A model generated the notes under the pieces. That model was not told the DNA's origin. It made no database searches and saw only the letters and a program-made list of their open reading frames with translations. DNA of 32,000 nt from assembly GCF_000981785.2 (NCBI RefSeq), contig NZ_CP011304.1:4080001-4112000 (forward strand). Direction: 5' to 3'. This document shows, piece after piece, positions 1-9,322 of this stretch. Made by a program: the position numbers and the translations under genes. The number at the start of each line of letters is the position of its first letter. Within the stretch, counting starts at the first letter, position 1. The stretch is from Microcystis aeruginosa NIES-2549 (GTDB lineage: Bacteria; Cyanobacteriota; Cyanobacteriia; Cyanobacteriales; Microcystaceae).

Positions 1-1025
1 TGTTTACCCTCGATAATATCCGATAAAGACTTCAGGGCGCGATTATTGGCCCCCACCACCGTGCGACCGCGACGACCGTTATCAATTAAAGCATCGACGG
101 CCTCCTGTAACATCCGTTTTTCGTTACGGACGATAATTTCCGGGGCGAGAATTTCTTGCAGACGGGATAAACGGTTATTGCGGTTAATCACCCGACGGTA
201 GAGATCGTTCAGGTCAGAGGTGGCAAAACGGCCGCCGTCCAACTGCACCATCGGGCGTAAATCGGGAGGAATCACGGGAATTACGCTTAAAACCATCCAT
301 TCTGCCTGAGAACCCGTGGCGATAAAGTTATCGATTACCCGGAGACGTTTAATTAATTTTGCCCGTTTTTGCCCCTTACTTTCGACAATTTCCGTCCGCA
401 GTCTTTCCGCTTCTTCTTCCAGGTTAATTTCCTGTAAGAGTCTTTGGATAGCCTCGGCCCCGATACCCACTTCAATGCCGACTAATTCCGAATCCTCCGC
501 GTAGATTTCTTCTTCGATCTCTAACCATTGATCTTCGCTGAGGAGTTGTTTATAACTAAGATTGCCGGCATTACCCGGATCGAGAACCACATAGGCATTA
601 AAATAGACGATCTGCTCCACGTCCCGCAGGGGCATATCGAGCAGGATACTGAGATAACTGGGAATACCTTTGAGATACCAAACGTGGGTGACAGGGGCGG
701 CTAATTTGATAAAACCCATGCGATGACGACGTACCCGGGACTCGGTGACTTCTACCCCGCAACGTTCACAGACAATTCCCCGGTGACGGACGCGTTTGTA
801 TTTACCGCACCAACATTCCCAGTCTTTGGAGGGGCCAAAAATTTTCTCGCAGAATAACCCATCCATTTCCGGTTTGAGAGTCCGATAGTTGATCGTTTCT
901 GGTTTGGTTACTTCTCCGACGACTTGACCGTTAGGTAGGGTTCTTTCTCCCCATTGCCGAATTCTCTCGGGGGACGCTAAACCGATTTTGACGTAATCAA
1001 ATCTTTGATCTGTTGGAGTCTTCAT
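1..1025 (-). CDS. rpoC1: DNA-directed RNA polymerase subunit gamma (RpoC1), N-terminal ~341 codons; the 3' part runs off the window
   Basis: Absent from the ORF track because it is open to the window edge. My minus-strand translation from ATG 1025..1023 gives [120 protein letters not shown]...[41 protein letters not shown]. This is the conserved beta-prime N-terminus with its Cys cluster. Confidence 0.93.
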   Translation of the reverse strand, partial: MKTPTDQRFDYVKIGLASPERIRQWGERTLPNGQVVGEVTKPETINYRTLKPEMDGLFCEKIFGPSKDWECWCGKYKRVRHRGIVCERCGVEVTESRVRRHRMGFIKLAAPVTHVWYLKGIPSYLSILLDMPLRDVEQIVYFNAYVVLDPGNAGNLSYKQLLSEDQWLEIEEEIYAEDSELVGIEVGIGAEAIQRLLQEINLEEEAERLRTEIVESKGQKRAKLIKRLRVIDNFIATGSQAEWMVLSVIPVIPPDLRPMVQLDGGRFATSDLNDLYRRVINRNNRLSRLQEILAPEIIVRNEKRMLQEAVDALIDNGRRGRTVVGANNRALKSLSDIIEGK

Positions 1026-1204
1026 TCTGAATTTTTTACTATGGGTAATGATCTGGGATAAGCGATCGCTCTCGCGTTCTCGATGCCCCGATGACAACTA
1101 TTGGGCAGAAACGACAATTAACTCAGTCACTTTTTCTTGGGGTCAAACTGGCCCGACCGAGTCCGGGACATTACATTATACAATTTTTCTAGTTCGATCG
1201 ACCA

Positions 1205-2716
1205 TTAAGTGATATTTTCCCAGATGGTGATGCTGCCGTCGGCCGCGGCCGCCGCTAGGTGGCAATAATCGGGGCTGAGAACTAAACTGGAGATCGGCGA
1301 TGATCGCCCATCGGCAGCGGTGAGAGTTGCGATCGCCTGTTGAGAATTGGCTAACCAGATTTTAATCTCTCCGTCGGTTCCCCCGGTAAATAACCATTGA
1401 CCCTCCTCTGCGAATACCAAGCTTGTCACCTGACCATTATGGGCATTGATCACCCGAATTGGCGCAAAATGACCGCTTTTCTCCGGGTCGTATTGCCAGA
1501 TTTTCACCGTCCCATCCACACAACCGGCGGCAATAATCTGACCATCGGCAGCGATCGCAAGACTCTCTACCGAAGAAACGTTACCGGATAGGACGGCGAT
1601 TTTTGCTCCCGATCCCAATTGCCAGAGGGAGACAGTGCCATCACCTCCAGCTGCGGCGATAAAATCTTGATTAGGAGCCACCGCTAGGGCATAAATTGCC
1701 CCCAGACTGTCATAGGAGCTAAATTCTTCGGTTTCCTGCTCTAAATTCCACTGTTTTAGGGTTTGATCGTAACTACCACTAACCAAAAAATGCCACCGAG
1801 GGGCAAAATCTAGGCCGTGAATCGAACCGAGATGACCGAGGAAAATTTGATTTAATTCCAGACTACTGGCATCGCTGGCTAAAGTCCATAATTTAACGGT
1901 TTGATCGAATCCTCCCGTCGCTAGATGATAATCGCCGTTTCCGGTGACTGCTAGGGCTAAAATGCCCTGATCATGAGCTTCCACCGTATTAATCAGGGTT
2001 CCTCTCGCAAAATCCCAGATTTTTAGGGTACGATCCCAACCAACGCTAATTAAAAACCGTTGATCCTCGGTAATTGCGATCGCTGTAATCATTTCCCGAT
2101 GGGCGGTCAGACGGCGATAATAATGCCAATGGGGGATAGGGACGGGGGGGGAATTGGGAGTTAAATTAAGGGCAGGTAGGGTGATTTGTGGCTCATTTTC
2201 CGCTTTTGTGGCGGTAATATCCGCCGATTCTTCGTTAATCGGCAAAATCTCTCTTTGTAAGCGACCGTAGGATTTTTCCAGATGTTCGATGCGTTCCAGG
2301 AAAAGGTTACGGTTGATATATTGAATAATTTGATTGTAGGACTGTTCGAGGGCGAGAATATTCTCCTCTAATTCTGCGACCGCACGGGCGTTATCGCTGG
2401 CTGCCGCGGGACTCAGGGACTGTATTTGTGCCGATAAAGCTTCTTTTTCTTCTTCCCACTGATCCTGTAAATGACCGGCCATCTCGGTTAAGCGTTGACG
2501 TTGCCTGTTTCTCTCTCGGAGACGATTGAGAATATTTAACCCGAAAGTCACGACTAGGAGGAACAAAGGCAAAAACCCCGCACCCATGGCGATAAGGGTA
2601 AGCAGGGTTAATCCTAGGGCGATATATTCCGCTAATTCTAGCCCATGGAGGCGATGGTCGGTCATTTTGCAGTTACCGGTAAAGGGATTTTGATCATCTC
2701 CTGATTTCAGACTCAT
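1205..2716 (-). CDS. Membrane-anchored coiled-coil / WD40 repeat protein
   Basis: 503-aa ORF. N-terminal hydrophobic helices (LAEYIALGLTLLTLIAMGAGFLPLFLLVVTFGL), then a heptad-like acidic segment, then repeated WD40 units (TLKIWDF, TVKLWTL, TLKQWNL, TVSLWQL, TVKIWQY, EIKIWLA, SITIWEN). An alternative start is M18 at 2665. Confidence 0.85.
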   Translation of the reverse strand: MSLKSGDDQNPFTGNCKMTDHRLHGLELAEYIALGLTLLTLIAMGAGFLPLFLLVVTFGLNILNRLRERNRQRQRLTEMAGHLQDQWEEEKEALSAQIQSLSPAAASDNARAVAELEENILALEQSYNQIIQYINRNLFLERIEHLEKSYGRLQREILPINEESADITATKAENEPQITLPALNLTPNSPPVPIPHWHYYRRLTAHREMITAIAITEDQRFLISVGWDRTLKIWDFARGTLINTVEAHDQGILALAVTGNGDYHLATGGFDQTVKLWTLASDASSLELNQIFLGHLGSIHGLDFAPRWHFLVSGSYDQTLKQWNLEQETEEFSSYDSLGAIYALAVAPNQDFIAAAGGDGTVSLWQLGSGAKIAVLSGNVSSVESLAIAADGQIIAAGCVDGTVKIWQYDPEKSGHFAPIRVINAHNGQVTSLVFAEEGQWLFTGGTDGEIKIWLANSQQAIATLTAADGRSSPISSLVLSPDYCHLAAAAADGSITIWENIT

Positions 2717-2758
2717 GGTAACGCTAATTGCCGCCTTCGGATTGACTAAAATTAATTT

Positions 2759-4339
2759 TTAAGCAGGAGTTAAGACTTTTTTCTTAGTTTCTATCGGTGC
2801 GGTTAAAGCGGACTCTAAATCGGCCTTCCCTAGTCTTGCTTCCAAGATTTTCAGCACTTCCCGTCCAAAATCATCGGGATTTTGTCGCCATGCTTGCAGA
2901 CAAACTTCGCCAAAGAATGACCCCAAAGGTTCAGGATTCCAGAGCAGTTTTTTAGCTGTCCAGGGCATTAAACTCATGGGATCGTAGTCGGGTTTAAGAA
3001 TCTCTTTTTTCAAGGCGTATTCTTCTAAATGGGTGTGGGGTTGTAGTCCGATAAAAAAGATGGCTGGTTCCACTTTATCGACTCCAAAAATATTTTCTAA
3101 TTCCCGATGATAGGCGATGGTTTGACGAATAGTTTCTAGGGTTTCATCAATAACATTAAAAGAATAATTTACCGAAACCAGATCATTAAAACCCGCCGCT
3201 TTTAAGTCTCGACAATTTTGCAGAACTGTCCGCAAATTATAGCCCATCCGCATTTTGCGGACTAATTCCTGAGAACCACTGGTGATACCAATTTCAAAGT
3301 AATTCATACCAGTTTTTACCATTAAATCGCACAGTTTCGGGGTGAGATTATCGGCACGAATATAGGCAGCCCAATGGATATCTTTCATCCCAGCAGCGAG
3401 GATTTTTTCTAATAGTTCTTCTACATCGTTGATAAATTTTCTGGCGGGGATAAATTGGGCATCGGTAAACCAGAAATTGCGAATGCCGCGGTCGTATAAT
3501 TGGCGTATTTCCTTAACTACTTCATCGGCGGGATTAATGCGTACTTGTTTCCCTTCGACAACGGTATAGATGCAGTAGCAGCAGTTATGGGGACAGCCGC
3601 GCTTGGTTTGTACCCCGATATAAAAGTCGTTTTCTTGGAAATAGTAGGAAAATTCCGGCCAAATACTGGCGATATAATCGTAGTTACAAGCGGATTTTTC
3701 TAACGGGGTGGGGGATTCGTGGATTAAACGCGGCCGGGGTGTGGTTTCTCCGACGACATAACAACGTTCATCGCTAAAGTCCCGGCCGGAGAGGAATTTT
3801 TCTAGTAGGGTTTCTCCTTCTCCCACTGATACAATTGTTCCTATGGGCAGTTTGGTTTTTAGTTGTTCGTAGAAAACACTGACGGCACCACCCCCGACGA
3901 TAACTCGCGCTTCGGGATGGTATTTTCTGGCCCGCTGCAACCCGCGGCGAATTAGTCCCTGATTGCGCCATAATTCGCCGTAGTAGGCGGTTGTCACCTT
4001 CAAACCGCCTAAAGCACCTCGCAGCTTGATTAGGGGGTTTTTAGCGTAGTAAAATTCAAAGGCGTTTTGCAGGGGATTACCACCGCGACCACCGACGGGA
4101 GCATATATTTGAATATCCCGCCAGGAGAATACTAGCAGGGTGGGCCGAAATTCGTCAACACAGCGATCGAGTGCTTGGTTAAAGTCCAAGGGGGGGACGG
4201 TACCAAGGTCAAAGATTCTTTGTTCGATGTCGGGGAATAGTTTATGAACGTGGTCGGAAAGATAAACCACACCGATGGGGAAAATGGGGTTACAGGGGAG
4301 TCTAACGTAGAGGATGCGTTGCGCTTGCGGTTGAGTCAT
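2759..4339 (-). CDS. B12-binding-domain / radical SAM protein (conserved cyanobacterial family)
   Basis: 526-aa ORF with the CX3CX2C radical SAM cluster motif in KRGCPHNCCYCIYT. The N-terminal Rossmann-like segment is typical of class B (cobalamin-domain) radical SAM enzymes. Confidence 0.85.
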   Translation of the reverse strand: MTQPQAQRILYVRLPCNPIFPIGVVYLSDHVHKLFPDIEQRIFDLGTVPPLDFNQALDRCVDEFRPTLLVFSWRDIQIYAPVGGRGGNPLQNAFEFYYAKNPLIKLRGALGGLKVTTAYYGELWRNQGLIRRGLQRARKYHPEARVIVGGGAVSVFYEQLKTKLPIGTIVSVGEGETLLEKFLSGRDFSDERCYVVGETTPRPRLIHESPTPLEKSACNYDYIASIWPEFSYYFQENDFYIGVQTKRGCPHNCCYCIYTVVEGKQVRINPADEVVKEIRQLYDRGIRNFWFTDAQFIPARKFINDVEELLEKILAAGMKDIHWAAYIRADNLTPKLCDLMVKTGMNYFEIGITSGSQELVRKMRMGYNLRTVLQNCRDLKAAGFNDLVSVNYSFNVIDETLETIRQTIAYHRELENIFGVDKVEPAIFFIGLQPHTHLEEYALKKEILKPDYDPMSLMPWTAKKLLWNPEPLGSFFGEVCLQAWRQNPDDFGREVLKILEARLGKADLESALTAPIETKKKVLTPA

Positions 4340-4411
4340 GAGATTTCTGAATGGGACGAGGACGCATTCTGAGTAATCTTAATATAACTTAACTTTGTCC
4401 GGCTTGTCTGG

Positions 4412-4463
4412 CAGTTATCAGTTATCAGTTATCAGTTATCAGTTATCAGTTATCAGTTATCAG
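4412..4463. repeat. Tandem heptamer array (CAGTTAT) x7.4
   Basis: Seven perfect consecutive CAGTTAT units plus CAG, read directly. It lies 73-124 nt upstream of the radical SAM start codon (4339, minus strand). Confidence 0.95.
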
Positions 4464-4513
4464 ATGTGAGTTTTCAGTTCACTGATTACTGTTTACTGAT
4501 AACTGAAAAGCTT

Positions 4514-4611
4514 CCCACACCCCACACCCCACACCCCACACCCTACACCCCACACCCCACACCCCACACCCCACACCCTACACCCCACACCCCACTTCCC
4601 ACTTCCCACTT
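4514..4611. repeat. Tandem heptamer array, 14 units (CCCACAC / CCTACAC / CCCACTT); G-rich (GTGTGGG) on the minus, transcribed-sense strand
   Basis: Counted unit by unit: CCCACAC x4, CCTACAC, CCCACAC x4, CCTACAC, CCCACAC, CCCACTT x3. The array ends 10 nt from the smc stop codon (4622..4624). Confidence 0.95.
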
Positions 4612-4621
4612 GCGTCTAAGG

Positions 4622-7600
4622 TTAAACTTTAATTCCTAGTACCTGTGTATGGGTTCCCCGCGCTTGGGTGACACCGATGGTTCTTTCCGATGCTTCAATC
4701 ATCGGCCGACGCAAACTAACGACAATAAACTGCGCTTGTTGTGCTTGTTTTTGAATCATTTTGGCCAATTTCTCCACATTGGCCCCATCTAAAAACATAT
4801 CCACTTCATCAAACGCATAAAAGGGAGAAGGACGATATCTTTGTAGGGAAAAAATAAAGCTTAAAGCGGTTAAAGATTTCTCACCCCCAGACATGGAACT
4901 CAATCGCTGTACGGGTTTTCCTTTCGGATGGGCCACCAGATTTAAGCCACCATTAAAGGGGTCATTTTCGTCTTCTAGTTGTAAGTAACCATCACCATCG
5001 GACAGGGTGGCAAATATGGTCTTAAAGTTTTCGTTAACGGCAGTAAATGCTTCCTGAAAAGCATTAAATCTGAGGGTAGTAAAGTTTTCTATGCGTAAAA
5101 GTAGTTCGGTTCTTTCACCTTCTAGAGTTTGCAGTTTTTCTGATAGTTCATCTAATCTCTCTTTAGTTTTTTGGTGTTCTTCTAAAGCTAACATATTCAC
5201 AGGTTCTAAAGCTTCTAATTTCTTTTGTAACTGCCGAATATCGCTTTGAATTTTCTCGAAATCTCGCTCACTTTCGGGAATTTCTGGCAAGGGATTGGGT
5301 AAGTCGCTTTCTAGTTGACTAATTTCTGTCTGTAAAGTGGTTAGTAATGCTTGTCTTTCCTCTTGATTGTTGACTAACTTTTCCGATTGCCAGATAGCCT
5401 GTTGTTGTTGGTTTTGTTGTTGTCGCAAAACTGTCTCTAACTGGTCTCTTTTTTGCTTGGTTTCCCCTAGTTGTCGGGATAATTGCTGTAAAGCTTGATT
5501 GATTTCTAAAATATTGTGATCAAGTTTTTCTATCTCCAGATTACCGATATTTCTCTGATTAACTGCATCGGTGATTATCCTGTCAATCTCAATAATTCTA
5601 TCCGCAGACTCTTGACTTTTTTCCTCTAGTCTGATCTGTTGATTTTGCAGGTCTTTTAACTGTTCGCGGACTGTAGCGAGGTGATTTTCTTGGGTTTTTA
5701 ACTGCAATTCTTGAGCGCGAATTATTCCCTGTACCTGTTGCCATTCGCTATGGGTATGATTGGCCTCTAAAGCAGTTAATTTCTCCTGTTCTTCCTGTAA
5801 AGATAACTCTAACTGAGGAATTTCTCTAGTTAATACCTCTAACCGTTGACGAGAAATAGTCATTTCCTCTTGCTGGCCCGATAATTGACGGGTTAAATCC
5901 TCTTTTTCTGTGGTTAAACGTTGTAAATCCTTGCTTAATTGTTGTAGAGATAATTGATTTTCCCGATGACTTTGACGGGTTTCGGTTAACTGTTGGGTTA
6001 ACTGACTGATAAGATTATTAACTTGGGTGATTTTTTCTTCGTTGCGGGTAAGAATGCGATCGATTTCTGCTAATCTTTCGCGTAGAGATTCCGCTTCACT
6101 AGACTCCTTCGGAGAAATTTTACCAAAACGCAGCCCCGATCGCGTCGGTTGGCTGCCTCCGGTCATAGCACCAGTCATCTCTAATAACTCGCCATCCAAA
6201 GTAACGATGCGATATTGATTGATATAATAACGGGCAGAATCTATATCCTCAAAAACCACGGTACTGCCAAAAATATAGTTAAAAACCTCCCGATACTGGG
6301 GTTGAAACTTAACCAAATTCACCGCTAAATCCAGATAACCCCGCGCATGACGCACAGAGGAAATATCCTGGGGACGGGGAGGACGAATTTTATTCAGGGG
6401 TAAAAAAGTGGCCCTACCGATGCGACGCTGTTTTAGTAAGGCAATTCCGGCAGCCGCAACGCTATCATCTTGGACGACTACATGACCTAAACGACCTCCG
6501 GCGGCGATTTCCAGAGCAATTTGATAACGTTCCTCTACTTCGCCCAATTGTGCCACTAATCCGCAGATTCCGGGCAAATCTGACTGTAATAATATTTGAG
6601 TGGCATAGGTTCCCTGGGCCTCCTGTTGCGCTTGCTTGGTCGCTTCCAGTTTATCTAATTCCCTCTGTTTGTCCCGTTGTTCTTTTAGCAGACGTTTTTG
6701 GGTGTCCTGACTGATAACGCGATTTTGTTCGGCAATGGTGAGTTTTTGGGCTAAATTTTGGATATCGGGTTCCGATTGATTAATTTTTTGTAATATTTCT
6801 TGACTTTCTTCTGTTTTTGTGCTAGTAACTTGCTCTAATTCTTGCAGACGTTGACCAGCTTCTACTATATTAGTTTGCAATCGATCGCATCTTTCGGTCA
6901 ATTGGGCCCGTTGGCTACGGTAGGGGTTTAATTGTTCCTGAAGACGGGTAATATTGCGGGAAAGGTCACTTTGTTCTTTTACCCAAGCTTCTGACGCTTC
7001 TGCGAGACTACTTGCTTGCAGACGATGGTTTTCTAGGGTTTCCCTTGCGGTTTGGGTTATCAGTAGGAGACTAGGTAAAATTTCAGTTTCTAAACGGCTT
7101 TTTTGGGCAGTAATCTGATTTAATTCGAGATTATAGCGATTAATTTCCTCAAAAAGTCTGGTTTTCTGTGTTTGAGATTCTTTTTCGAGGTTTTCTAACT
7201 CTTTTTGTCGTTGTTGCTGTTGTTGTCGTTTGGCCTGTTGACTCGCTAATCGGGAAGTTAGGGACAGGTGTTCATCTTCCCCAAAAGCTTTAACCTGTTG
7301 ATTGAGTTTCTCTAATTCTTGACTATTTTGGGCGATTTGTTCGGATAAATTGGCGATAGTCTCCGTTAAAACCTGTTTTTCCTTTTCCCCAGCTTGAATT
7401 TGTCCTTGTACTTGCTGGCAGCGCTGCTGGAGATTTTGCCAATGCAGGACAATTTCCCATTGTTGTTTTTCTTGGACTTGGGCCTTGAGTTTTTGGTATT
7501 TTTCGGCTTTAATGCGATCGAGTGCTAATTTCTCCAGAGATTTTTGCAATTCTGTGGCAATAATTTGGCAGCGTTCTTCCCTTTCTTTAACCGAATCGAT

Positions 7601-8152
7601 ATTCTCCTTAGTTTTCTCAATTTTGCGGTCAAATTCGGCTACTCCTGCCAATTCGTCGATAATTTCCCGTCTTTCCTTAGCATTCATGCTGATAATTCGG
7701 GTTACGTCTCCCTGTAACACCACGTTGTACCCTTCGGGATAGATGCGTAAACGGTTTAATTGGTCGTGAAGTTCGCTAACCGTACAGGTTTCCCCATTGA
7801 TATAGTAGGTAGAAGTATAGCTGCCCCCCTTAGCCACTTTTAAGCGTCGGGAAACCGTCCAATCCCTATCGGTTGCGTCGGGAATATCGCTAACATCAAA
7901 AGTCACCGAAACACTCGCTTCGGTGCTATGACGTTGACTGTTATAGCTATGATTGACTAAATCCGGTAATCTTTCGGCCCGCATTCCCTTGGAAGTAGCT
8001 AATCCCAAGCAAAATAGCAATGCGTCGAGGATATTCGACTTTCCCGAACCATTTGGACCAGAAACCACCGTAAACCCCGGTAAAAAAGGGATGGGAGTCG
8101 TTCCCCCGAAGGATTTGAAGTGTGAGAGTTCGACCTTTTTGATGTAAACCAT
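4622..8152 (-). CDS. smc: Chromosome segregation protein SMC
   Basis: The ORF is 4622..8164 (TTG). I prefer ATG at 8152 (MVYIKKVELSHFKSFGG..GPNGSGKSN, Walker A). It has long coiled coils, a hinge (GRATFLPLNKI), and a C-terminal signature plus Walker B (LSGGEKSLTALSFIFSLQRYRPSPFYAFDEVDMFLD). Confidence 0.95.
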   Translation of the reverse strand: MVYIKKVELSHFKSFGGTTPIPFLPGFTVVSGPNGSGKSNILDALLFCLGLATSKGMRAERLPDLVNHSYNSQRHSTEASVSVTFDVSDIPDATDRDWTVSRRLKVAKGGSYTSTYYINGETCTVSELHDQLNRLRIYPEGYNVVLQGDVTRIISMNAKERREIIDELAGVAEFDRKIEKTKENIDSVKEREERCQIIATELQKSLEKLALDRIKAEKYQKLKAQVQEKQQWEIVLHWQNLQQRCQQVQGQIQAGEKEKQVLTETIANLSEQIAQNSQELEKLNQQVKAFGEDEHLSLTSRLASQQAKRQQQQQRQKELENLEKESQTQKTRLFEEINRYNLELNQITAQKSRLETEILPSLLLITQTARETLENHRLQASSLAEASEAWVKEQSDLSRNITRLQEQLNPYRSQRAQLTERCDRLQTNIVEAGQRLQELEQVTSTKTEESQEILQKINQSEPDIQNLAQKLTIAEQNRVISQDTQKRLLKEQRDKQRELDKLEATKQAQQEAQGTYATQILLQSDLPGICGLVAQLGEVEERYQIALEIAAGGRLGHVVVQDDSVAAAGIALLKQRRIGRATFLPLNKIRPPRPQDISSVRHARGYLDLAVNLVKFQPQYREVFNYIFGSTVVFEDIDSARYYINQYRIVTLDGELLEMTGAMTGGSQPTRSGLRFGKISPKESSEAESLRERLAEIDRILTRNEEKITQVNNLISQLTQQLTETRQSHRENQLSLQQLSKDLQRLTTEKEDLTRQLSGQQEEMTISRQRLEVLTREIPQLELSLQEEQEKLTALEANHTHSEWQQVQGIIRAQELQLKTQENHLATVREQLKDLQNQQIRLEEKSQESADRIIEIDRIITDAVNQRNIGNLEIEKLDHNILEINQALQQLSRQLGETKQKRDQLETVLRQQQNQQQQAIWQSEKLVNNQEERQALLTTLQTEISQLESDLPNPLPEIPESERDFEKIQSDIRQLQKKLEALEPVNMLALEEHQKTKERLDELSEKLQTLEGERTELLLRIENFTTLRFNAFQEAFTAVNENFKTIFATLSDGDGYLQLEDENDPFNGGLNLVAHPKGKPVQRLSSMSGGEKSLTALSFIFSLQRYRPSPFYAFDEVDMFLDGANVEKLAKMIQKQAQQAQFIVVSLRRPMIEASERTIGVTQARGTHTQVLGIKV

Positions 8153-8324
8153 GGCGATAAGCAAAAAGTAGGCAAGCTATCAGCTGTCAGCTTGAATCGA
8201 TAAGGGATAACTCCGGTTTATCCTTGACAATATCCTCAGACTTGACCGGAGATGAGTTTGATTAGTTGCGTAGTTTGAGAATTTTATGACAACACCCTTA
8301 TGAAAAATATAGCTGATAGTCCCC

Positions 8325-8594
8325 TTAAATGGCTTGAATCCATTCTTTGACTTGGTATTCTGTCCAGATACCATTTTGCCAGTAGGGATCCGCTTCGATT
8401 AATTCTCGCACTTCTGACTCGCTGGCTGCCTGATAAATTCCGAAAACTTGGCTTAAATCTGCCGTTGGTCCGATAGTAACGAGAATTCCCCGTTCTTTCT
8501 GTTGATTTAATCCCTCTAGATGTGCTTGACGATAGGGTGCGCGTTTTTCCAGCACGTTTTCACAATAATTACCCCAGACAACAAATTTCGGCAT
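8325..8594 (-). CDS. YciI-like family protein
   Basis: 89-aa ORF MPKFVVWGNYCENVLEKRAPYRQAHLEGL...DPYWQNGIW. It resembles the YCII-related domain pattern. Confidence 0.75.
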   Translation of the reverse strand: MPKFVVWGNYCENVLEKRAPYRQAHLEGLNQQKERGILVTIGPTADLSQVFGIYQAASESEVRELIEADPYWQNGIWTEYQVKEWIQAI

Positions 8595-8731
8595 ATTTGA
8601 CCTGTACTCTCTTGATATCTTGTTATTTTACGATCGAATCGTCAATCAGACTCAATCGATATAGTGCGATACCGAAGGCACTGCATAGCAGATCACCAAT
8701 CTTGTCGGGTGGGTTATTAACGCAGCTAAAA

Positions 8732-9240
8732 TTAAAGCTTATAGGATAACAACTTCTCGGCTAAAACTGATAAATTTAAACTATTTAAAATACGGGTTTT
8801 TATCGGTCTTTTTTCATCCCAAAATATTAAGGAGAAATAAAATTCTCTGCCTAGGGAAGAATTGAGAAGCTGTAAGGTTTTTTGAGCGGTATCTAAATCA
8901 TCGAAGCTTAGGAAGTAAACAGTGTCATCGAAAATAACGGGTTGATTTTGATAGGGTAATATCAGGTTAAAATTCAGTTTTTTATAAAGTCCAGAAATGG
9001 CGATTTTAAAAGGTGAGAAGCTGTAAGAACCCACGCCAAATATGCAAAATTCTGGCTGATTTTGATAAATTTTGCTCTTTCTGTCTAGAAAATAATTTTT
9101 ATGATTAACTAAATATTGCCAAGTTTTTGGCGCTATATCGCGTATATTTTCTGTAGATTCACCAATAAACTTCTGAGTTACTAAAATGTATTTATGGCTA
9201 TTAATCCTTCTTCTTGACCAGCAAACCCTATCTATTTTGA
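8732..9240 (-). pseudogene. C-terminal remnant of a SAM-dependent DNA methyltransferase-like gene (target-recognition part only; no catalytic N-terminus, no usable start)
   Basis: The track ORF 8732..9034 starts at an internal GTG. I translated the same frame upstream and it stays open to ~9318: ...KIDRVCWSRRRINSHKYILVTQKFIGESTENIRDIAPKTWQYLVNHKNYFLDRKSKIYQNQPEFCIFGVGSYSFSPFKIAISGLYKKLNFNLI..DDTVYFLSFDDLDTAQKTLQLLNSSLGREF. This pattern resembles the C-terminal domains of N6-adenine methylases. Upstream it runs into a MITE fragment and then the neighbouring gene's stop. Confidence 0.5.
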
Positions 9241-9319
9241 CTTTGTGTTCTTTGTGCCTCTGTGGTTGATCCCGAACCCTTCTGGGATAAAGATTTAACC
9301 AGACTAAACCAAGAGAGCC
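9241..9319 (+). mobile_element. Partial or diverged copy of the MITE family seen at 22278..22423 and 27249..27393 (right half and right terminus only)
   Basis: CTTTGTGTTCTTTGTGCCTCTGTGGTT here matches CTTTGTGTCCTTTGTGTCTTTGTGGTT in the full copies. The terminus AAACCAAGAGAGCC matches AAACCTAAGAGAGCC. The middle differs and there is no left half. Confidence 0.55.
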
Positions 9320-9322
9320 TAT

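Noticed and set aside
316-504. Short ORFs antisense to large genes (316..504, 1397..1591, 3500..3703, 3774..3971, 6027..6218, 7485..7742, 7953..8147, 10409..10597, 10790..11255, 11776..12000, 12710..13137, 14660..14863, 16658..16888, 17666..17968, 22886..23185, 23861..24226, 25624..25830, 27632..27832, 28229..28411, 29474..29665, 31119..31427)
   Set aside because: Each lies within or opposite a long ORF with clear family signatures. Their translations are Ser/Arg/Leu-rich, which is typical of antisense frames.
4412-4611. Could the tandem arrays be a CRISPR array?
   Set aside because: The units are 7 nt with no spacers, whereas CRISPR repeats are ~24-48 nt and separated by unique spacers. No cas genes are present in the window.
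8180-8374. 64-aa minus-strand ORF overlapping the 3' end of the YciI-like gene and the smc promoter region
   Set aside because: It overlaps a better-supported gene, has an odd composition and shows no motif. It is likely a chance ORF. The same judgement applies to 8522..8749 (+).
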